From Scyliorhinus canicula (lineage: Eukaryota), in NCBI RefSeq assembly GCF_902713615.1, contig NW_024055476.1, forward strand, positions 248,001 to 312,000: a DNA stretch of 64,000 bases, given 5' to 3'. The position numbers and the translations under genes are program-made. Every line of letters starts with the position of its first letter. Position 1 is the first letter of the stretch. The notes beneath the pieces were generated by a model that searched no databases, was not told where the DNA came from, and was given only the letters and a program-made list of their open reading frames with translations. This document shows positions 22,747 to 35,830 of the stretch, in pieces.

Positions 22747-22928
22747 GAGAGCAGGAACCGCAAGCTGTGGGCGGGGATACCGCAGGCTCAGAGTGAGGTT
22801 TGTGCTGACTCTCAGCTGCACTCGGAGCGGAAATGGGAAGGGATGAATCTGCAGAAGACTGTGACCATCCTGCACCTGCTCACTGTTACAGCCACTGAGA
22901 AGAAATCGAGCGGGAGGGACATAAAGCC
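22747..22928 (-). promoter_or_regulatory. Conserved non-coding element 190-370 bp upstream of the V leader
   Basis: Homologous to 11008-11187; identical 27-nt core at 22859-22885. Confidence 0.5.
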
Positions 22929-23639
22929 AATTTAAACACGGCTTCTGACACTAGACACGGTGTCAATGAATCTGCAAATAGCCTGCCTGTCAATGTAGAG
23001 CATCAAAAGAGCAGAAGGATAAACAAATCTGCCAATATTTGTTCTCCGTGGGGCTGGGATGAAATTAACCCGGCTGATGGAGGTAAACCTGTATTAACTG
23101 TATCAGTGTGCGTAAATTCTAATAGAACATAGAACAGTACAGCACAGAACAGGCCCTTCGGCCCTCGATGTTGTGCCGAGCAATGATCACCCTACTCAAA
23201 CCCACGTATCCACCCTATACCCGTAACCCAACAACCGGGTTCTGTTCAGCTCATTGTTCCACCCAGACACAGCAGGGGGCCAGGCCCATTGTGACATCAC
23301 TGAGGACACCTCTGTTGTTGGTCTCATGTGACTTTCCAATCATCATGCTTGGGCTTTGCGCCCTCTGCTGGTGGATTCTGTTCAATCCTATTCCGAGGGT
23401 TACTGGATGGACTTAAGGTTTATAATATAGTAATCTTTATTGTCACAAGTAGGCTTACACTAACACTGTAATTATTGATTTGTATGTCAAAACATCAATG
23501 TCAGGAATGAGAATTGACTATTTAAATCTGGATCCTGCTCATTATTTCTTTCTCTGACCCAGGTCCAATCCATTGGACTGGGAGTCCGTTCGCACCTATC
23601 CCAGAGCTGGAACAGGAATCCAGTGCGTTCTGGCTTTCC

Positions 23640-24175
23640 AGTCCCCTGAGCCAACCCCAACCGTCGTTCGCAGACAACATGAAAATGGGCGGTGTGCTAA
23701 ATAGCGAGGAGGAAAGGTTTAGATTGCAGGATGATATAGACAGACGGGCTAGATGGGCAGAACAGTGGCGAATGGAATTTAACCCTGAAAAGGGTGAGAT
23801 GATGCATTTTGGGAGGACTAACAATGCAAGAAAATACACAATGAACGGTAGGTCGCCAAGAAGTATAGAAGCAAGAGGGACCTTGGGGTTCATGTCCGTA
23901 GATCCCCGAAGGCAACAGGACAAGGACTTAAGGTGGTGAAGATGACATATAGGATGCTTGTCTTTATTAACCGACGCACGGAATATAAGAGTCGGGAGGT
24001 TATTATGGAGCTGTAAAAAACGCTGGTTATCCCGCAGCTGGCGTATTTTGTGCACATCTGGTCGAACCGTTATGGGAAGGATGCGATTGTACCAGAGAGG
24101 GTGCAGAGGTGATTAATGAGACAACGTATATTTAAGAAACTAATTGGATATGCATTAAGTGCTTGGAGGTGATTC
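23640..24175 (+). mobile_element. CR1 RT fragment
   Basis: RLQDDIDR..RWAEQWRMEFNPEK..MHFGRTN motif. Confidence 0.85.
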
Positions 24176-24259
24176 TGAGAGATGCGAGAAGGTCATGATA
24201 TATGAATTTTTTTTTATTTTCTATTAGTGTTATTTTAGCAGTGTCACGATAAAATAAAT

Positions 24260-24960
24260 CAACCTACAGCGTGATTTAAAGGGAAAAAAGTGTCGTTTGG
24301 GCGCAATTGGCAGGATGTTTCTCAATGGCCGCATTGGCGAGATCGCAGCCCGTATTTAAGGGCATTCGGTGTTGGAAAGTAGCCCCCATCAGCTTCTCAC
24401 CATTACTGGCTGCCACGCCGTCAGATTCGCTGGATCCGCACCTCATCTAAGGAGGGGAGCCGGCTGCTCTTAAATCCTCCCTCACCATTCACTGCAGTCA
24501 ACACACAAGCATGGCAATATGTAGAGCTGCACCTCGCTTTGGCGATGCCAACCTGGCCAAGCTTCTCGATGCTGTGGATGCATGAGACGGGACATCCTGT
24601 TCCGCGGGGGGGGGGGGGGGGGGGGGGGGGGTCAGAGGGCCAGCAGCAAAGGCACCAATACCACCTGGGAGGCAGTGACAACAACTGTCAGTGGGACAGC
24701 ATGGCAAGGGGGACCGTCGTTCAATGTAGGAAAAAGACCAATGACCTCCAGTGACCTGCAAGGGTAAGTTACCACCTCTCTCTTGGCATCAGGTCCGCCT
24801 GCCACCCCTCAAATCCAACCCCCCCCCCCCCCTACCCCCTAACACATGGCTGGCTGACACCTTGCACGCACTGGTCTTTGTGCTTGCTCCTCAGAGCTCA
24901 CTGGCACCTAGCATCACAACCCCTTGATGTCCAGGTGAGGTGCCCACACATACCATCTGC
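24260..24960 (+). mobile_element. Harbinger/PIF DNA transposon fragment (Myb/SANT-like ORF remnant at about 24530-24760)
   Basis: Frameshifted PRFGDANLAKLLDAV..RDILF...TNTTWEAV...QCRKKTNDL, the pattern of Harbinger Myb/SANT proteins. Confidence 0.7.
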
Positions 24961-24984
24961 TATAGAACTCCCCTCCCAGCCCCG

Positions 24985-25555
24985 AGGCATGGACTAGAAG
25001 AGTATGGAGGTTATTATGGAGCTGTATAGAAGGCTGGTTAACCCGCAGCTGAAGTATTTTCTGCACATCTGGTCACCACATTATGGGAAGAAAGTGATTG
25101 CACCAGAGAGGGTGCAGAGGAGATTAATGAGGAAGTTTGCTGAGCAGGAGTGTTTCAGTTGTGAAGAGAGGCTGAATAGGCTGGGATTGTTGCCCTCAAA
25201 GCAGAGAATGTTGCAGAGGATCTGATCGAGGTGTTCAGAATTCTGAGGAACACAGATAGGAAGAAACTTTTCCCCTCAGTAGAGCGGGCAACAACCAGGG
25301 GGCATAGAATTAAGGTAAGGGGTAGGAATTTGGAAGGAATTTAAGCGTAGTTAGAACCTGGAACATATTGTCTGTGTTCCCGAGGCGGGAACACTCATAA
25401 AACTTAAGAAGCGTTGGGATGAGGACTTGAAACGCCATAACATACAAAGCTACGGACCAAGTGTGAGAAAATTGCTTTCGACTAGATGGATACTTGATGG
25501 CCGGGGCAAACACAATGGGCCAAAGGGCCTGTTCTTTGCTGCAAAACTGGACGAC
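24985..25555 (+). mobile_element. CR1 3' end
   Basis: ELYRRLVNPQLKY...WSPHY...ERVQRR motif and CR1 3' UTR. Confidence 0.85.
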
Positions 25556-25804
25556 TAAGGGGCTTGAGGCAGGGAAGCTGATGATGGCGCCACACGGCCG
25601 CCTCTCCTTAGGTCAAAGAAAGTGAAGGAGAGACTGAACGGAGCTGCTGAAATGTAAGTTGGTCTGTTAATGAAGATCACGCGGAGCTGTTTCCTCGAGC
25701 AGATCCTTAGATAATACAACCATTGATGAGAAATAAAGACCAGGATAATTCCGTCTATTATCTACACTGCGATTATCTACACCGTCTATTATCTACACTG
25801 CGAC

Positions 25805-28800
25805 AATTAAACACGTGGCTACAGGGATGGTGCAGACGGGAGGGATTCAGATTTCTGGATAACTGGGGCTCTTTCTGGGGAAGGTGGGACCTCTATAGAC
25901 AGGATGGTCTACATCTGAACCTGAGGGGCACCAATATCCTGGGGGGGGGGGGGGAGATTTGTTAGTGCTCTTTGGGGGGGTTTAAACTAATTCAGCAGGG
26001 GCATGGGAACCTGGATTGTAGTTTTGGGGTACGGGAGATTGAGAGTATAGAGGTCAGGAGCCCAGATTTGACTTCGCAGGAGGGAGCCAGTGTTCAGGTA
26101 GGTGGTTCGAAGTGTGTCTACTTCAATGCCAGGAGTATACGAAATAAGGTAGGGGAATTGGCAGCATGGGTTGGTACCTGGGACTTCGATGTTGTGGCCA
26201 TTTCAGAGACATGGATAGAGCAGGGACAGGAATGGTTGTTGCAGGTTCCGGGGTTTAGATGTTTTAGTAAGCTCAGAGAAGGGGGCAAAAGAGGGGGAGG
26301 TGTGGCGCTGCTAGTCAAGGACAGTATTACGGTGGCGGAAAGGATGCTAGATGGGGACTCTTCTTCCGAGGTAGTATGGGCTGAGGTTAGAAACAGGAAA
26401 GGAGAGGTCACCCTGTTGGGAGTTTTCTATAGGCCACCTAATAGTTCTAGGGATGTAGACGAAAGGATGGCGAAGATGATTCTGGAAAAGAGCGAAAGTA
26501 ACAGGGTAGTTGTTATGGGAGACTTTAACTTTCCAAATATTGATTGGAAAAGATATAGTTCGAGTACATTAGATGGGTCGTTCTTTGTACAATGTGTGCA
26601 GGAGGGTTTCCTGACACAATATGTTGACAGGCCAACAAGAGGCGAGGCCACATTGGATTTGGTTTTGGGTAATGAACCAGGCCAGGTGTTAGATCTGGAG
26701 GTAGGAGAGCACTTTGGAAACAGTGACCACAATTCGGTGACCTTTACGTTAGTGATGGAAAGGGATAAGTATACCCCGCAGGGCAAGCGTTATAGCTGGG
26801 GGAAGGGCAATTATGATGCCATTAGACATGACTTAGGATGTGTAGGTTGGAGAAGTATGCTGCAAGGGTTGGGCACACTGGATATGTGGAGCTTGTTCAA
26901 GGAACAGCTATTGCATGTTCTTGATAAGTACGTACCAGTCAGGCAGGGAGGAAGGGGTCGAGCGAGGGAACCGTGCTTTACCAAAGAAGTGGAATCTCTT
27001 GTTAAACGGAAGAAGGAGGCCTATGTGAAGATGAGGCGTGAAGTTTCAGTTGGGGCACTTGATAGTTACAAGGAAGCGAGGAAGGATCTAAAGAGAGAGC
27101 TGAGACGAGCAAGGAGGGGACATGAGAAGTCTTTGGCAGGTAGGATCAAGGAAAACCCAAAAGCTTTCTATAGGTATGTCAGGAATAAAAGAATGACTAG
27201 GGTAAGAGTAGGGCCAGTCAAGGGCAGTGGTGGGAAGTTGTGTGTGGAGGCTGAGGAGATAAGCGAGATACTAAATGAATACTTTTCGTCAGTATTCACT
27301 CAAGAATAAGATAATATTGTGGAGGAGAATGCTGAGACCCAGGCTATTAGAATAGATGGCATTGAGGTGCGTAGGGAAGAAGTGTTGGCAATTCTGGACA
27401 AGGTGAAAATAGATAAGTCCCCGGGGCCGGATGGGATTTATCCTAGGATTCTCTGGGAAGCCAGGGAAGAGATTGCTGAGCCTTTGGCTTTGATATTTAG
27501 GTCATCATTGGCTACAGGAATAGTGCCAGAGGACTGGAGGATAGCAAATGTGGTCCCTTTGTTCAAGAAGGGGAGTAGAGATAACCCCGGTAACTATAGG
27601 CCGGTGAGCCTAACGTCTGTGGTGGGTAAAGTCTTGGAGAGGATTATAAAAGATACGATTTATAATCATCTAGATAGGAATAATATGATTAGGGATAGTC
27701 AGCATGGTTTTGTGAAGGGTAGGTCATGCCTCACAAACCTTATCGAATTCTTTGAGAAGGTGACTGAACAGGTAGACGAGGGTAGAGCAGTTGATGTGGT
27801 GGATATGGATTTCAGTAAAGCGTTTGATAAGGTTCCCCACGTTCGGCTATTGCAGAAAATACGGAGGCTGGGGATTGAGGGTGATTTAGAGATGTGGATC
27901 AGAAATTGGCTAGTTGAAAGAAGACAGAGAGTGGTAGTTGATGGAAAATGTTCAGAATGGAGTTCAGTTACGAGTGGCGTACCACAAGGATCTGTTCTGG
28001 GGCCGTTGCTGTTTGTCATTTTTATAAATGACCTAGAGGAGGGCGCAGAAGGATGGGTGAGTAAATTTGCAGACGACACTAAAGTCGGTGGAGTTGTAGA
28101 CAGTGCGGAAGGATGTTGCAGGTTACAGAGGGACATAGATAAGCTGCAGAGCTGGGCTGAGAGGTGGCAAATGGAGTTTAATGTGGAGAATTGTGAGGTG
28201 ATTCACTTTGGAAAGAATAACAGGAATGCGGAATATTTGGCTAATGGTAAAATTCTTGGTAGTGTGGATGAGCAGAGGGATCTCGGTGTCCATGTACATA
28301 GATCCCTGAAAGTTGCCACCCAGGTTGATCGGGTTGTGAAGAAGGCCTATGGTGTGTTGGCCTTTATTGGTAGAGGGATTGAGTTCCGGAGCCATGAGGT
28401 CATGTTGCAGTTGTACAAAACTCTAGTACGGCCGCATTTGGAGTATTGCGTACAGTTCTGGTCGCCTCATTATAGGAAGGACGTGGAAGCTTTGGAACGG
28501 GTGCAAAGGAGATTTACCAGGATGTTGCCTGGTATGGAGGGAAAATCTTATGAGGAAAGGCTGATGGACTTGAGGTTGTTTTCGTTAGAGAGAAGAAGGT
28601 TAAGAGGTGACTTAATAGAGGCATACAAGATGATCAGAGGGTAAGATAGGGTGGACAGCGAGAGCCTTCTCCCGTGGATGGAGGTGGCTAGCACGAGGGG
28701 ACATAGCCTTAAATTGAGGGGTAATAGATATAGGACAGAGGTCAGAGGTGGTTTTTTTACGCAAAGAGTGGTGAGGCCGTGGAATGCCCTACCTGCAACA

Positions 28801-28968
28801 GTAGTGAACTCGCCAACATTGAGGGCATTTAAAAGTTTATTGGATAAGCATATGGATGATAAGGACATAGTGTAGGTTAGATGGCCTTTAGTTTTTTTCC
28901 ATGTCGGTGCAACATCGAGGGCCGAAGGGCCTGTACTGCGCTGTATCGTTCTATGTTCTATGTTCTAT
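25805..28968 (+). mobile_element. 5'-truncated CR1 LINE: ORF1 esterase tail, ORF2 APE endonuclease and RT (two nonsense stops), (GTTCTAT)n tail
   Basis: DGLHLN ORF1 motif; YFNARSIRNK/GDFNFP/SDH endonuclease motifs (25972-27309); RT motifs QGSVLGP and FADDTK (27319-28644). Confidence 0.95.
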
Positions 28969-29009
28969 TTGTTATACTATAGAGGGCGGATCTAAATAAA
29001 GGCAGAAGA

Positions 29010-32000
29010 ATGACTTCCGGTGGCGGCAATGCGGAGCAAAGCCGCTCATTCGGCAGCTCCCGCTGGAAACGGACTTTGGGGCTCTTTTCGGTGCTCCCAA
29101 CGGAGCTGTGTCGGCAAATCCCGACGTGGGAAGAGGACAGCAGTCGATCCCTACGGTCCTATGGTCCGGACCAGGAGTGGGGTAAGGAGAAAAACGGAGA
29201 AAGCACCCCTGAAAAAGCGGGGGATGGAAGACAAAATGGTGGCCGGCAGAGACCCGGAGGACTGGAGGCAGTGGGCCCAGGAGCAGCAGGCGGCTCTGCT
29301 GCGCTGCTTCCAGGAGCTTAAATTGGAGCTGCTGGAGTCGCTGAAGGTAACCAACAGGGAGCTGATGGAGACCCAGACAGCCCAGGGGGCTGCTATCCGG
29401 GAGCTGCAGCAGCAGGCCTCCAAAAGGGAGGACGAGGTCGTGGCCGTGGCGGGGAAGGTGGAGATGCACGAGGCTCTCCATAAAAGATGTCAGGAGCTGT
29501 TCGAGGAGCTGGACAACCAGTCGAGGCAGAATTCTTTGCGGATCCTGGGCCTCACGGAGGGACTGTAAGTGTCGGACCTGGCGGCTTATGTGATGGTTAT
29601 GTAAAACTCGCTGATGGGAGCTGGGTCCTTCCAGGGGCCCCTGGAGTTAGAGGGGGCCTACAGAATTCTGACTAGGAGGCCCAAGCCGAACGAGCCGCCG
29701 CGGGCGGTGTTGGTGCGGTTTCGTCGGTTCGTGGACCGTGAGTGTGTGCTCCGGTGGGCCAAGAAGGAGCGGAGTAGCAAGTGGGAGAACACGGAGGTGC
29801 AGATCTTCCAGGACTGGATTGCAGAGGTGGCAAGGCGGAGGGCCGTGTTTAACCGGACGAAGGCGGTGCTCCACAAATGGAGTGTGAAGTTCGGCATGTT
29901 GCAGCCGGCGCATCTGTGGGTCACCTATAAGGATCAGTACCATTATTTTGAGTCCCCGGAGGAGGTGTGGGCCATTGTGCAGGCCGAGAAATTGGACTCA
30001 AACTGAGGGTCTAAGATGGGGGAATCTGTATAATACTGTATTTGTATTTGCTTGGTTTAATGTAAGATGTGGGTTGGCCTGAGGGTGGGTGGGGTGATGT
30101 TGATTTGTCGTTTCTGTATGGGTTTATCTCTAGGGGTCTGGTGGAGGGGTTCAGGCAGGGGGGTAAAAGGGGAGTTCGGGGAGCTGATGGGGGGGTCTGA
30201 CAATGGGAGTAGTCCTGGAGGAGGCGGGGCCAGGCAGGGCGAATGCACGGGCTTTCTGCAGGTTTCCCGCGCTGGGAGATGGTGGGGGCAGCGTCGGGGC
30301 TGAGAAGCGCGGATCATTGCTGGCTATTTTCTTTTCCTGCACAAGAGCGGGGGTGGGGGGAGGAGGACCCATTGACAGGCACGATGGAGGAAGGGGTAAT
30401 ACCACGTGGGGAGGAGTCGGAGGCAAGGCGAGAGTCGCCCGGGACAGCAGAAGTTAGCTGGTTCACGGGAGTGCTATGGAGGGAGGGGCGCAGCTATTAC
30501 GGGGTCCTAGCCTGGGGGGGGGGGGGGGGGGGGGTACCGGGTTGCTGCTGAAACGGTCAGGAAGGAGCTGGAGGACGCAGGGGGTGCTGGAGGGGGGGAG
30601 GTGCCGCCGTGGGGAACTGGCAGAGCGGGGGACGCTGGCCGGTGGTGGGCAAGGGATGGGGTATGGCTAATCGGCAGGGGGGGGGGGCAGGGAGCCCTCT
30701 GATCCGGCTGATAACCTGGAATGTGAGAGGGCTGAATGGGCCGGTCAAACGGGCCCGGGTGTTTGCGCACCTGAAGGGGCTGAAGGCGGATGTGGCCATG
30801 CTCCAAGAGACACACCTGAAAGTGGCGGACCAGGTTCGGCTGAGGAAGGGATGTGTGCGCCAAGTATTTCACTCAGGGCTGGATGAGAAGAGTAGGGGGG
30901 TGGAGATCCTGGTGGGGAAGAAGATGTTATTTGAGGCGTTAAATATGGTGCTGACAGTGGCGGGAGATATGTGATGGTGAGTAGTAAGCTGCAGGAGGAG
31001 CGGGTGGTGTTGGTGAATGTTTACGCCCCAAATTGGGGTGATGCGGGGTTTATGTGGCCTATGTTGGGCCACATTCCGGACCTGGAGGTGGGGGGCCTGA
31101 TCATGGTGGGGGATTCAACACGGTACTGGATCCCCCATTGGATCGATCCAAGTCCTGGACGGGTAGGAGGCCGGTGGCGGCTAAGGTGTTGAGGGGATTT
31201 ATGGACCAGATTTGGGCGGGTGGATCGCTGGAGGTTTTCGAGGCCAAGGGCCAGGGAATACTCGTTTTTCTCCCAAATACATAAGATCTACTCGAGGATT
31301 GATTTCTTTGTCCTGAGCAGGGGGTAGGTTTTGAGGGTGGAGGATGTGGAATACTCCACCATTGCCATTTCAGATCATGCCCCGCACTGGGTGGACCTCG
31401 GGTTGGGAGAAGGGAGGGACCAACATCCGCTCTGGCACTTGGAGGTGGGGCTGCTGGCAGACGAGGAGGTGGCCGAGAGGGTTCGGGGTGTATCGAGAGG
31501 TACCTTGAGGCCAATGACAACGGGGACGTCCCAGTGGGGACGGTCTGGGAGGCATTGAAGGTGGTGACTAGAGGGGAATTGATTTCCATCCGAACCCATA
31601 GGGAGAGGGGGGAGCAGAGGGAGAGGGAGAGACTGATAGGGGAGATGGCGAGGGTGGATCGGAGATAGGCGGAGGCTCCAGAGGAGGGATTGCTGGGGGA
31701 GAGACGTAGCCTTCAGGCCAGGTTCGACCTATTGACTACCAGAAAGGCGGAAGCTCAGTGGAGGAAAGCACAGGGGGCGGTGTATGAGTATGGGGAGAAG
31801 GCGAGCAGGATGCTGGCACACCAGCTCCGAAAGCAGGACGCAGCCAGGGAGATTGGGGGAGTGACGGATAAGGCTGGGAAGATGGTGCGCAGTGGGGTAG
31901 ATGTTAATGGGATCTTCAGGGGCTTCTATGGGGAACTTTACAGGTCAGAACCCACGGTGGAGGGGGTGGAATTGGGCGCTTCTTGGACAAGCTGCGATTC

Positions 32001-34806
32001 CCGAGGGTGGAGGAGGAGCAGGTGGAGGGACTGGGGGCGCCGATCAAGCTGGAGGAGGTGGTCAAAGGGATAGGGAGCATGCAGTCAGGGAAGGCGCCGG
32101 GGCTGGACGGGTTTCCGGCGGAATTTTATAAAAGGTATGTGTACCTGTTGGGTCCCCTGTTGGTCCAGACCTTTAACGAGGCAAGGGGGGGGGGGGGGAT
32201 GGGGGGGGGGGGGGGGGCTTTGCCCCCCAACTATGTTACGGGCGCTGATTTCCTTGATCCTGAAGAGGGACAAGGACCCTCGGCAGTGCGGGTCATAGAG
32301 GCCGATTTCGCTGCTAAACGCCGACGCTAAGCTGCTGGCAAAGATCCTGGCCACTAGAATAGAGGATTGCGTGCCCGGGGTCATTCATGTGGACCAGACG
32401 GGGTTAGTGAAGGGAAGGCAGTTGAATACGAACGTGCAAAGGCTCCTCAATGTCTTTATGATACCGGCCGTGGAAGGGGAGGCGGAGATAGTGGTGGCAT
32501 TGGATGCGGAGAAGGCCTTTGATAGGGTTGAGTGGGAGTATCTGTGGGAGGTGTTGGAGAGGTTTGGGTTTGGGGAGGGGTTTATCTGGTGGGTGAGGCT
32601 GCTCTACGAGGCCCCGGTGGCAAGTGTAGCCACAATTAGGAGGAGGTTGGAGTACTTTCGGCTGTACCGGGGGACGAGACAGGGGTACCCCCTGTCCCCC
32701 TTGCTCTTCACGTTGGCGATTGAGCCCCTGGCCATTGCGTTGAGGGAGTCAGGAAACTGGAGGGGCCTGGTGCGGGGTGGGGAGGAGCATCGAGTGTCGC
32801 TTTATGCGGACGACTTGTTGCTGTATGTGGCGGACCCGCTGGGGGGATGATGGAGGTGATGAGGATTCTTAGTGAATTCGGGGGTTTCTCTGGGTATAAG
32901 TTGAACCTGGGCAAGAGTGAATTGTTTGTGGTGCATCCGGTGGATCAGTAGGAGGGGATGCGTAGGCTCCAACTGAAGCAGGCAGGGAAGAGCTGCAGGT
33001 ACCTAGGTGTCCAGGTGGCTGGGAGTTGGGGGGGCCCTGCACGAGCTCAACCTCACAAGGTTGGTGGAGCAGATGGAGGAGTAGTTTAAGACGTGGGATA
33101 TGTTACCGCTGTCACTGGCAGGGAGGGTGCAGTCCATTAAGATGACGGTGCTCCCGAGGTTTTTGTTCCTGTACCAGTGCCTCCCCATCCTTATCCCGAA
33201 GGCCGTTTTTAGGAGGGTCAACGGGAGTATCACAGGAGTTTTGAGGGCGCAAGGGACTCCGAGGGTGATAAGGGTGTTCCTGGAATGGGCAGGGATGGGG
33301 GGGGGGGGGGGGGCTGGCATTGCCCAACCTTTGTGGGTACTATTGGGCTGCCAATGCAGTGATGGTGCGTAAGTGGGTAATGGTCGAGGAACGGGCAGCA
33401 TGGAAGAGGATGGAGGTGGCGTCATGTGTGGGCATGAGCCTGGAGGCGCTGGCAATGGCGCCGTTGCCGCTCCCTCCAACGAGGTATACCACGAGCCCGG
33501 TGTTGGTGGCTACCCTCAAAATTCAGGGGCAATGGAGATGGCATAGGGGAGAAGTGGGGGGCTCGTTGGAGGCCCGGATACGGGGGAACCATCGGTTTGT
33601 CCCAGGGAGCATGGATGGCGGATTTCTGGGCAGGCACAGGGCAGTGGTAAGGAGGTTGAGGTATCTGTTTGTGGAGGGGAGGTTCGCGAGCTTGGGGGAG
33701 TTAGAGGGGAAGTTTGGGCTCCCCCCGGGGAACATGTTTAGGTACATACAGGTGAGGGTGTTTGCCAGGCAGCAGGTGGAGGGGTTCCCCTTGCTGCCCC
33801 TACGTGGGGTGCGGGACAGGGTGCTCTCGGGGGTGTGGGTTGGAGGGGGAGGATTTCGGACATATACCGGGTGATGCAGGAGGTAGACGAGGCCTCTGTG
33901 GAGGAACTGAAGGGTAAATGGGAAGAGGAGCTGGGTGAGGAGATTGAGGAGGGGACATAGGCGGATGCCCTGGAGAGAGTGAATTCCTCCTCTTCCTGTG
34001 CGAGGCTTAGCCTCATACAGTTCAAGGTGCTGCATAGGGCCCACATGACTGGGACGAGGATGAGTAGGTTTTTCGGGGGCGAGGGCAGGTGTGCTAGGTG
34101 CTCGGGGGTCCCTGCGAACCATGCCCATATGTTCTGGGCATGCCCGGCGCTGGGGGAGTTTTGGAAGGGGGTAGCAAGACGGTGTCGAGGGTGGTGAGAT
34201 CCATGGTCAAGCCAGGCTGGGGACTCGCAATTTGTGGGATTGCAGTGGAGCAGGGAGTGCAGGAGGTGAGGAGCCTTTGTGTCCCTAGTAGCCCGGCGGA
34301 GGATCTTGCTCCAATGGAAGGATGCGAGGCCCCCAAGCGTGGAGGCCTGGATCAATGATATGGCGGGGTTCATTAAATTGGAGAGGATGAAATTTGCCCT
34401 GAGGGGATCAGTACAAGGGTTCTTTAGGCGGTGGCAGCCTTTCCTGGACTTCCTGGCGGAATGGTAGGGAAATAGGCCGGCAGCAGCAGCAACCCGGGGG
34501 GGGGGGGGTGGGGGGGGGGGGGCTGGGGGGGGGGGGGGGTGGGGGGGGAGGAGGGGGGAGGAGGGAGGGGGGGTTGGTTCGGTGGGAGGGAGAACTGTCT
34601 ACATGGGTTTGTGGGATGTGGCGGGTGTTATCTCTTTTCCTTTTGTTGTTTGGGTGTTCTTTTGTTTTTTCTTTTGTTTGTAGTTGCTTTTGAAGTTGGG
34701 TGGGTATTGTTCTTGGGTTGTTACCGCGGTTGTTTTGTTAATATTGTTGTGATGTTTATATTTTGTAAAAATTTCAATAAAAATTATTTAAAAAAAAAGA
34801 AAAAAG
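29010..34806 (+). mobile_element. Near-full-length L1/Tx1-clade LINE: ORF1 29020-30006, ORF2 30663-34467 (frameshifted), G-rich 3' UTR, poly(A)
   Basis: L1 ORF1p RRM/CTD motifs; ITWNVRGL endonuclease start; LDAEKAFDRVEW, GTRQG.PLSP and YADD RT motifs; AATAAA and A-tail at about 34776-34806. Confidence 0.95.
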
Positions 34807-35830
34807 TGCACCTCTGGACCCTTTTGTATCTCTTCCCTCACACATGAAACCTATGATCTCTAGTTTTAGACTCCCCTACTTTTGGGGAAAGATATTGCCT
34901 CGCTACCTTGTCTATGCCACTCATTATTTTACAGACCTCTTTGAGATCATCCCAAAGCCATCGACGCTCCAGGGAAAAATGTCCCACTTTATCCAGCCTC
35001 TACTTATATCTCAAACCATCAAGTCCCGGTAGCATCCTAGTAAATCGTTTCTGCACCTTCTCGGCAATAATAATAATCACTTATTGTCGCAGGTAGTCTT
35101 CAATAAAGTTACTGTGAAAAGCCCCTAATCGCCACATTCCGGCGCCAGTTCGGGGAGACCGGCACGAACTGAACCCGCGCTGCTGCCTTGTTCTGCATTC
35201 CAAGCCAGCTATTTAGCTCACTGTGCTAAACCGGTTAATAATGTCGTTTCTATAATAAGACTGACCAGAACTGTACACGGTATTCCAAGTGTGGTTCACT
35301 AATGTCTTGCAAATTTCAACATGATGTCCCAACTCCTGAATTCAATGTTCTGACCAATGAAACCAATCGTGCCTTCTTCACCACCCTGACCTCCATGACA
35401 CCACTTTTAAGGAGCTATGAACCTGTACTCCTAGATCTCTTTGTTCTATAACTCTGCCCAACTCCCTTCCACTAAGTGAGGATATCCTGCCCCGATTTGA
35501 TCTACCACACATTCAACTAAATTAAACATCATGTGTTATTCATCGGCCCAGCAGCCAATGGACCAAGGTCCCGTTGCAATCCGAGATAACCTTCTTCCTT
35601 GGTATCGTGTAGTCTGCAGTCTCTCCCAAGTTATTCTTGGGAGAGCCTGCAATTTGGACAATTTCATTTTCTCCCCCTGTTGTCTTAGGGACAAAAGTCA
35701 AGGTCACCTTGTTTTTGGTGGTAAACAATGTTCCCTCAAGTACAGTACTAGGACTACTGTTTTGTATTATTCAACTTCCCTGTTACGTATTGATTGAAAT
35801 TTCCAAATTTGCCGATGCGGCTAACGTTGT
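34807..35830 (-). mobile_element. CR1 3' fragments with an inserted tRNA-SINE (35090-35235)
   Basis: Reverse-complement similarity to the CR1 3' region; SINE matches the 55880 and 58250 family. Confidence 0.7.

Noticed and set aside
12000-23500. D or J segments, NAR-TCR or Ig VH-like (TAILV) assignment
   Set aside because: No 12-RSS or FGxG J motif seen; V frameworks are TCR-like, and finer family assignment needs a phylogeny
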